DNA from: Phoronis australis
Lineage: Eukaryota; Animalia; Phoronida
DNA length: 64,000 nt
Direction: 5' to 3'
Assembly: GCA_002633005.1 (NCBI GenBank)
Contig: NMRA01000062.1
Coordinates: 62,001 to 126,000, forward strand
The notes under the pieces: model-generated
Told to the model about the DNA's origin: nothing
The model's database searches: none
The model's input: the letters and a program-made list of their open reading frames with translations, nothing else
Program-made: the position numbers and the translations under genes
Part shown: piece after piece, positions 12,301 to 21,300 of the stretch
Layout of the letters: every line of letters starts with the position of its first letter
Position numbering within the stretch: the first letter of the stretch is position 1

Positions 12301-15300
12301 GTGTGGGTGAGAGGGGCGCGGTTGTGTGAGAGGGGTGGAAGATTGTTCAGAGGAGGCTGGGTTGGCTGAGAGGAGTTGAAGATGGGGTGAGAGGGGTTAG
12401 GCATGGGGTGAGTGGGGTTGGGCATGGGGTGAGAGGGGTTGGGCATGGGGTGAGAGGGGTTGGACATGGATTTAGAAGGGGTTCAACTGGGGCTTTTGAA
12501 ATCTGTCTCTATGGTGTTAACTTGGTGCATGGTTTGTCAAGGTGTCCTATTGATTGTTTAGAGTGTAATGGACAAATTATGCATAGTCCCGTGCAGAGGT
12601 ACATGTTACTTAGATCTTCAGAACGTAGTATGTATTGTTGATAGTCCTCTGTGAAGCTCTTGTAGCTTACATAACCTACAACTATCAGCCATTAGTATCC
12701 TCATAGGTGTTACAGATTTTTTACAAGGTAAAATACACATACATTTCCCTGTCTAAGCTGATAGTTGGTGATCATATCAGGTTGCAATGTGAAATGACGT
12801 GTCTGTTGCACAGTGTGCTCTGTTGTTGTCTTGTATTCAAGCTAACCATGACTTTACAGAGAGAATTTTGCCAAAGATCAACAGTTCATCACCCTGACTA
12901 AGTTTATCACAGACCAGACACAGACACCTAACCTCAAGGTATGTACACACTCTTCAGTCCCCCAGGCCGTAACCGCCAATTCCCACCCCACTCTAGTTCC
13001 AGTACCCCGTGACATTTATCTGCTTTGTATTATGTATTATGCAAACACGTTGTCATGGGAACCTGGCATCTGATGCTTTCATTGTTTCCTGTTCAAAACT
13101 CCTGATGGCTTTACAGTGTGTTTATATATCCCTTGTAAAAGTACTGTTGACTTCACCCATTCCCATGGTATTCCTACTTAAGCAAAGATTGCCTGTAAAG
13201 TTCATATCTATTCCTACTATAAGAATAATTTTTTTCTCCTTCTTTTCCTTTCTAGATCAAGGTAAATTGTTTTTGTTACTCGCCTGCCTTTTTTGTTGGT
13301 TGCGTTCTGTCGTCTCTCGTTTATCTCTTAGCAAAACTATCTTCTGTTGTTGTTGTCATTTTAGGCTGTTCGATGAAATTGAAGTTTTGTTAGCAGCTAA
13401 ATAACATAAGTTTGAATTAATGTGCATGCTTCTACTAATAAGGCAGTGCTGTAGTTTGACTGTAATTTCTAGTTGGACTAGTTCAATGCTTGCTTAGTAA
13501 AACAAAGATTTGTAGTATTCAGTCAAGGGCGAGCAATTATTTTCCATTGGTTTCTGCTGTGCTTTGCCGTAATTGCTGAAATTTGATCGGATGCTCAGCT
13601 CAATTGCTGAAATTTAATGGAGGCCCAGCTCGATTATCCTCCATCTGATTGTCAGAGTGTGTTGTCGTTTCTTAGTAGATAGATTCAATGGCTGCATGCT
13701 ATGCTTGGCAGTTAATTGCTGAAACCTGATTGGCTGGCCGCCTTTGTAACCCTGCATCTGATTGGGCGGCTGTGTTGTTCTCACTTTAGACCTCCAGCAA
13801 TAGGCGGTCCTCTTTTGGCCAGCTGTCCACCCTCAAGCCTGACACCATCAACATTAAGGTATCAGCTGGCACAGGAGAGTCATGTACGCGCATGTGACCC
13901 TCGTACTCGCTTTATATGCTGTGTGGCCCTCATTCCTCTACGCTTCGTAGACTCACCTGCCATTTGCTGACTGCATACTAATTTAATTAGACTGACTGTG
14001 TGTAGTTAGTTGGTTAACAGTGTCACCTTCCGTTTCTAACTTTGGTCAAACACTTAATTCTTCAAGTTGGACTGTTGCTCTTCAAGGGTATGTCAATAAC
14101 GCCTCTCAGTCATTAGTTACACGGTGGTGATTAAGATTCACTTTTTTGGTGCCATACCTTCAGAATAACGTTATTGTGGAGGGCTGAAAGATCTGGAACC
14201 AAAATGATGAGTCTTGATCACCCTTTGTTTACATTTGGTCAATTGTGTCACATCAAGGTGTTCTTTAAATAGACACAGTTTTATTGTGTGGTTTTCCATT
14301 AGAAGTGTGTGTGTGCGTTACATTTTTGATTGTTACTTCAGGCCTGATAGTAGTAGTAGTAGTGGTAGTAGTAGTAGTAGTCACACTGAGATTCTTTAGA
14401 AACACTTTTTCATTACTCACTGCCTCACACACTCAGATTCTTGTTGAGAAACACTTTCTCGTTACTCACTGCCTCACACGCTCAGATTTTTATTGAAAAA
14501 CACTTTCTCATTACTCACTGCCTCACACACTCAGATTCTTATTGAAAAACATTTTCTCATTACTCACTGCCTCACACACTCAGATTCTTGTTGAGAAACA
14601 CTTTCTCGTTACTCACTGCCTCACTCACTTAGATTCTTGTTGAGAAACACTTTCTCATTACTCACTGCCTCACACACTCAGATTCTTGTTAATAAACACT
14701 TTCTCATAACTCACTGCCTCACTCACTCAGATTCTTTTTGATAAGTGCTTTCTCATTATTCCCTGCCTCACACTCAGATTCTTGTTGATAAACACGCTCT
14801 CATTACTCTCTGCCTCACACGTAATACTCGTTTACACAAAGACACAAATTAAGTAAAATCGCTGTAAACTTGCCTTCTATCTAATACACTAACTTCTAAT
14901 GCAGGCCACTTAACGTTATATAACTGTTCTCAAATTGCTCCTTACTCAGATAACAAGTGATCTGTTTTGCTAACCACGGACAATTGATTCTTTCTTGAAT
15001 TCAGGTTCAACAAGTTGTCTTGGCCCAGTTTGTCATGCATTCAGCATGGTTTCAAACAATACCAAGCTTTGCATTTCTTGATCTTACTTCTTGTCTGAGT
15101 AAGGCTCGAGTTCAGACCACTTTTGTAACAGTAAGTAGCCCAAGTCATAAGTCAGTTTCTTTACACTATAGCAGCTTGGTGTCGCCATCCTGGTAGTGGT
15201 AGTTTTAGCTTCTCATTTTGTGGTCTTCATCAATTGTTTCTCTGTAATATGGCACAGCTCTGTGATATTACAGTGCTGTGCTTGATTGTGATAGTTTGTG

Positions 15301-18300
15301 TACACAGGTGAAGGTGGCGCTACTCAACTATCTGTACGAGCTTGTGTTGATAATGGATCCGTCGGACTTTGTCAACTCTGGCGACACACGCCTGGCTGTG
15401 TCGCGAATCATCACATGGATGTCAGAGCCCAAGAGTGTTGATGTGAGAAAGGTATGTGTCTCTTTTCCATTTGATTAAAATTCTGGCCAGTAAGTTGTCT
15501 TCCCTCCATGTTTTCTTCCATTCCATGTGTTTTGTTGGCCATGTTCCCTGTGAAATGTAAATGCAAGCTTTTCATTATTGGAGATGTTTTGACGGACTTT
15601 GTCAAGAAGTGTGACTTGGAGTAACCTACACTTCCCTCCTGATGTTGTGTCACTTGGACTAACCCACACTTCCCTCCTGATGTTGTGTCACTTGGACTAA
15701 CCCTCTTCCCTGCATCTGTTGTTCCAGTCGGCCCAGTCCCTTTTGGTGGCGCTGTTTAACTTGAACACACCAGAGTTCTCACTCATGCTGTCCGGCCTGC
15801 CCAAGATGTACCAGGACGGTGCGTANTGCTGCTTTTCCAACTTATTGATTTGTTTCCCGTTTGGGTGGTTGTAGACAAACTGGTCGGGATGAGACAGAAA
15901 ACATGAACCCTGAGGACATCTACGACTCGATACGCAAAGCCTCCGCGGATATCCAGAACTTGAGCTTCAACAGTAAATATGACCACCCACCGGAGGAGGG
16001 TAAGAAAGAGAGAGACAGCACGTCTCAGGACAGCGGGATACAGAGCTCCCTGCCAGACGTCAGGGTGGACAGTCCAGACGGCAGAGTGAAGCAGACGTAC
16101 AACCCATCACAGTACCAGGATGAGGTGGGTGTGGCACACAGGCCGGCAGGGGATTGGATGATGTTCGCATAATTTGTAAGAGCTGGAGTTTTGATATAAT
16201 CATGAAAAGTTGGAAGGTGATTGGCTATTCGAATCATTTAGAAGAGTTATTTTTAAGATGAAAAACTGGATGGGTGGCTGATTGGTTACATTATTTGGAA
16301 GATCTAGGAACACATTTACACTTTTGTGGCAGATTGCCAACTTTATCGTGCACATTTCAAAGTAATGTCTAAATTGTCTTGGGATACTTAAGCTGGAAGT
16401 TAACATTAACAAGTTGAGACAACTGCACTCTTGCTTTGACTGAACAAAAAAGGGTTCGGACCATCTTCTACACGTTGTAAAATAGTGCCATTAGTGCAGG
16501 TGGTCTGATACGCGTCGCATCAGACGTGTGCAGGCCGCTCAGCCGGGCCCGTTGCACCAAACACCTGAAACTTATTGATGTACACATAACACATATAGAC
16601 AATACACAAATTAAGAGTTGAGGAGCTAGAGACCTGACTCAGGGGTCTAGCAGTGAGCTGAAGAGGGATTCAAACCTACGACCTTGTGAACATGAGCCAG
16701 ACACTCAACCCACTAGGCCACACTGCCTCTTCTTGCTTTAATTGAACTGGGCTTGTTGTTATTATTGTTATTGTTATTATTATTTGACATGAAGTGTTGA
16801 TGATGGGTATGATGTGATAACTGCTTCAAAATGAGGTCAAATGTACTTTCGTATGAACTGTGATCTTTGCAAAGTGCAGTGTTCGGTATCGTCTCTGATT
16901 TTTCGTTACGCTTTCGTTTTAAAATTGTTGAGTAGTACGTTATGATGCCACGTGTATAAACTTGTTGCAAACATTTAAGTTCCGTCATTAGGTCACGTGA
17001 TGTGGCCAACAGATGGCGTGCATATGTTCCACGCCATATTGAGATTGACGTATTCATGTAAACGTGTTTCAGAGTATGAATGGCTATGACAGAGCAGCCC
17101 TTGCTGAAGCTGTGTTTGATGTTGAAAACGACCTGTTCAACGAAGGTGAGTGTAACTGCAGTGCCCTGCATGACGTTAAGTGGTTGGTTTGGTACAACGT
17201 GGTGTTATAGAGGTTATGTTAATGAGATTTGGTTCTGTGATGTTGCATGTATTACACAAACTGTTGGCGTGATTGTTACCCAATATTGTATTAGAAATAC
17301 GAAGGTGTGATTCCATTCCTGCACCTATTGTATCAGGGGCCTGTTCCAAGAAACTGTCTTAAATTCTTTTTTGACTTAAGTCTAAGATTTGCCTCGACTT
17401 CCAAACTTAGAAACTTCCACATCTGGTAAGATAGTCAACTTTAAGACAAAACTTAAATCATACTAAAGATCTCTTTCTTTAACTGGATTTTAGATAAATT
17501 AAGTTTTATCTTAAAATTGACTGAAATTTTAGATTTGTCTTAGTCAAGTCAGTTTTCTTGGAATGGCCCTAGTATCATTGAGACATTTTGAAGGTCCGTT
17601 ACAAAGAGTTATTGAATGAAACTCACCAGTTTTATCCACTAAAATGTTTCTTGATGACCAAAGCATTTCTTAACAATACGGGCATGGTTTGAGATGTCTC
17701 TCTGTCCCAGTTGAGAACAGGTCTATAGAGTAGCCCTCGGTTGTTGTTGTTGTTTTGGTATCCACTTGTGTGTAGAGGTAAATATTAGCCTGCTGTCGTA
17801 CACATTTGACGTGTGTTTATTTGTTCACGCTCAGAACCATGGAGAAATCTACTAGGCATCAATTGCGCGGGTGAGCTCACTTTACAACAGCCAGTTGATC
17901 GTTTCTGTGTGCTTTTGTTTAGTTCTTTAAGTTCACTTTTAGTTTTACAGACCAGTACACTTCTGTACTTATAATGTTTAACTTAACTCCTTTTCAAAGC
18001 CACTATCAATGTGTTTAGATGTCTGGCACCTTATAGCATACGATGCACGAACAAAACAACCCAGTCATCTGGTCGGTAACTTGCATTCATTCTAGTGATC
18101 GCATTGGCAGCTACGTATATGAAAATAACTGGCGTGCTTGTCTTTATTATTGAGTGAACATCATTTTTTTTCCTGCAGTTGCGTTTGGCTCTGCGCCACC
18201 CATTGTTTCACTCTCTGTATTTATCTATCAAAAACATTTTGTTTGTTTTTAGCTAAAACAGTTTGTGCTTTCCTCAAGGTATTGAATATGAATTGAAATT

Positions 18301-21300
18301 GCCTTAAGTTTTGTATAGACAACAAAATTCCATTTTAGTTTGTGAGTTACCTCTCTCCTTAAGAGTAGAATGACCTCCACTGCGTAGGCTCTAACCATGT
18401 TCAACGAAATTTCATTTTTTGTCACTTTGACAGTAAAAGCTGGACTTTAAAAGGGTGACCTTTGCCCTCGTCGACCAGTACTTGGACGTACCCAACAGTC
18501 AAGTGACCACACTGGTCAGTTAGCACTCATGTTTACCACTCATCCATTTCAGAACTGCCTGTGGTGGTTGACCAATGTGATGTCATCAGTGAGATACTGT
18601 CTGAGCTGTCCAATCACAATGAAAGGTAAATGTTCCTGCGGAGCTGTAATGCAGGGTTGCTAATGAAAGACCTGTGTAAGGTATTCATTTGTTGACCCTC
18701 ATGTTGGGTGCTGGGTGGTATAGCAGGTTTGTGGGAGATATCATGCTTCTAATTTCTATGTCTGCGACCCGTCCAGGCTGGGCTCACGTACATTTACTCA
18801 GTTTTACAGTTAATCAGTATTTTTCAACTTTTGGGAAAAGTTTCTTTTCAAAAATCCAATGTCCATTTATTGCATTAAAATTGTATGTAAATATTCCGTG
18901 ATGTGCCTTGTCTGTGAGTTGCAAGGGATGACTTGAGTTGATTTTTATTGTGACATATCTTAATTGACGGTTTTCAGGCTTGTTGATTTTTGATGCTCTT
19001 GGCAGCTTCGAATGTCAGTTTTTTGTGATAGAGAGTCTATCGATGCCCATAGAATTTTGCGCATTTATTTTATGGTGCTTGGCTGAGATAACCGAGTATC
19101 TGGCTTATGATTTTTCTTAATTGGAACAATGGAAACATTGGCTGTCAAAAATGGAACCTTCCGACAATGTTTCAAGAGCCAAGACTTTAATGGCTTAATC
19201 TTTGTTGTTCGAAGGTAAATAAATAATCTGAGACAAGGTTAGAATAAATAGTTCAAATACGATGTCGCTTACAGTTAAGGTTTTTTAGCAATTCATTTTC
19301 GAAACAAAAATAAAAGTATAATTTTCACAAAAAATGCGTTCAAGTGATAATGGACAAATAGGCGATGGTTTTAGGCATCAAATAAGATGTTTCAGTCACC
19401 AAGGTTTCAGAATGTGTATTTAATAAATTCGAAGTACGTGGATTAAGTTATTTGATGGAACATAAAAGGTTCAAGGAAGGTTGACATTTACTTTAAGTTA
19501 AAAGGAATGGTGCGTCACATAGTTTGTCATTTTGTGTTTAATGTTCACTTTATAGTTTCTTGATGGTTTGTGTTTTCAAACTTACACAACAGATGGTGTT
19601 GTGACATACATCGTCAACAAAACAGATTGGACTCGTGCTCTTGTATTTCACGCAATTTCAATTTCTCCATTAGTTTAATGACTTGCAGTAAACACGTGTT
19701 TTTGTCTACAGGCATGAAGAGCGTAAGAACGCCATGCTGCAACTGATCAAGATGACAAGAGAGGGCACTCTTGGATTGTGGGAGGAGCACTTCAAGACTG
19801 TTCTTTTGTTGCTTCTGGAGACACTCGGTGACTGTGATGTGAGTACTGTGTATATGGCAATATCCAGTGTAGTGGACTTGTTAATTTGGTCATGGTGGTG
19901 ATTGTAAATGTTAAGGACTTGTTATATTGTGTTAGCTTGTGATTGTGCAGTAGTCAGATAACTGTGGTATTGCAGGGCCACATCCGTGCACTAGCACTGC
20001 GAGTGTTGCGTGAGATCCTTAAGAGCCAGCCCAACAGATTTGCTGAATACACCGAGCTGACGATACTCAAGGTCCTGGAGGCGCACAAGGATTCTGTTAA
20101 GGAGGTGAGATATGACAGATAGACGGTGCTTTTGTTGTCTGAAAATCTTGTTCAGGCAAAACTCTCGTCCCTGAGTGGATATTTAGATGTATGCAGTTGA
20201 GTAGTTCGTGTCAGGCTTGCCAATAATGGTGCCTTGTTGTGGAATAGTCTTGATACTGGACTCTGCCAAAGTATTTCTTTTGGTATTTTCAAGTCCAGGT
20301 ACCTGGGTAATAATTTGGATATCTTTTATTGTATTCTAGTCTTTTACTCATTCGTGTCAAATTTCTTGTTGGCGTTTTATTTGTATCCATTAATTCTTAC
20401 ACCATTTTGTTAACTTGATTTTTAATTTTGATTCTTTCATATCGAAGCTCCCTCTATGGGAGGCTAGTTGTGTAACCGAGTAGGTTTTAACCTAAATAAC
20501 CGTATATCATATGTGTTCATCTACTGTCTAATATCATTACACCCATCACTACTACAGGTGACTCGTGCAGCGGAGGAGTGTGCCTCGACGCTGGCCCGCA
20601 CCATTGTACCAGAGACGTGTATACGGGTGCTTATCCCCATCATTCTGACGGAAGAGTTCCCCATCAGCCTGGCAGCCATCAAGATGGAGATGAAGGTTAT
20701 AGAGCACTTGCCCAAACACAGCGCTTTGGCAGTGCTGGACAACATTATACCTGGATTACTCAAGGTAGCACTTACATGTAATTAGTTCTCTAGTAACACT
20801 GGGCAACATTGTACCTGGGGTCTGTTTTATGAAAAGTGATGTTTTCTCTTAGGCTCCATACAAGTATTTGTGAAGAATTATTTAATTTTACTGGAGCAGA
20901 AGTAGACGTAGGTGCTAGTTGTTACTGATATAATTACTATAAATTATTTCTAGACTGTGATGTGCTCATAATTACAGCAATTGTGAAGTGGAAGCGTAAG
21001 ACAAAATGTCTGTCTTATGTCTTAAGTTACTTTCATAAAACAGCCAGGGACTACTAAAGGTAACGCTTACCAGTAGGTGAAGGGGGTATTGTAATGGCAG
21101 CCATCGTTGTGTCTATGCATTTGTGCAGAGAATTGTACTCTTCAGTGTTACCTCCTACATAGGTCATGGGATGCCCACTTAATTTTCAAAAGGGTATACT
21201 TACGAAATGCCGTAATGCACGTCATTGCAATTTTGGGATTTCATCGTATTTTCCTAAATTTGGGGCCATTGTTTCCATGTAAGGAAATGCTCTTCGATAG

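Noticed and set aside
11765-12641. Pro-rich and (GVGHGVR)n ORFs
   Set aside because: Translations of the 21-nt G-rich minisatellite and of the antisense strand of a CLASP exon
14383-14820. Regular repeat array as a CRISPR-like locus
   Set aside because: Head-to-tail 49-nt units with no unique spacers, eukaryotic intron, no cas genes
15826-15826. CLASP pseudogenisation or premature stop (TAN)
   Set aside because: The N marks an assembly join; all other exons are intact and conserved
16640-16730. tRNA gene
   Set aside because: A/B boxes are present but there is no proper cloverleaf, and it continues into a shared repeat body, so it is a SINE
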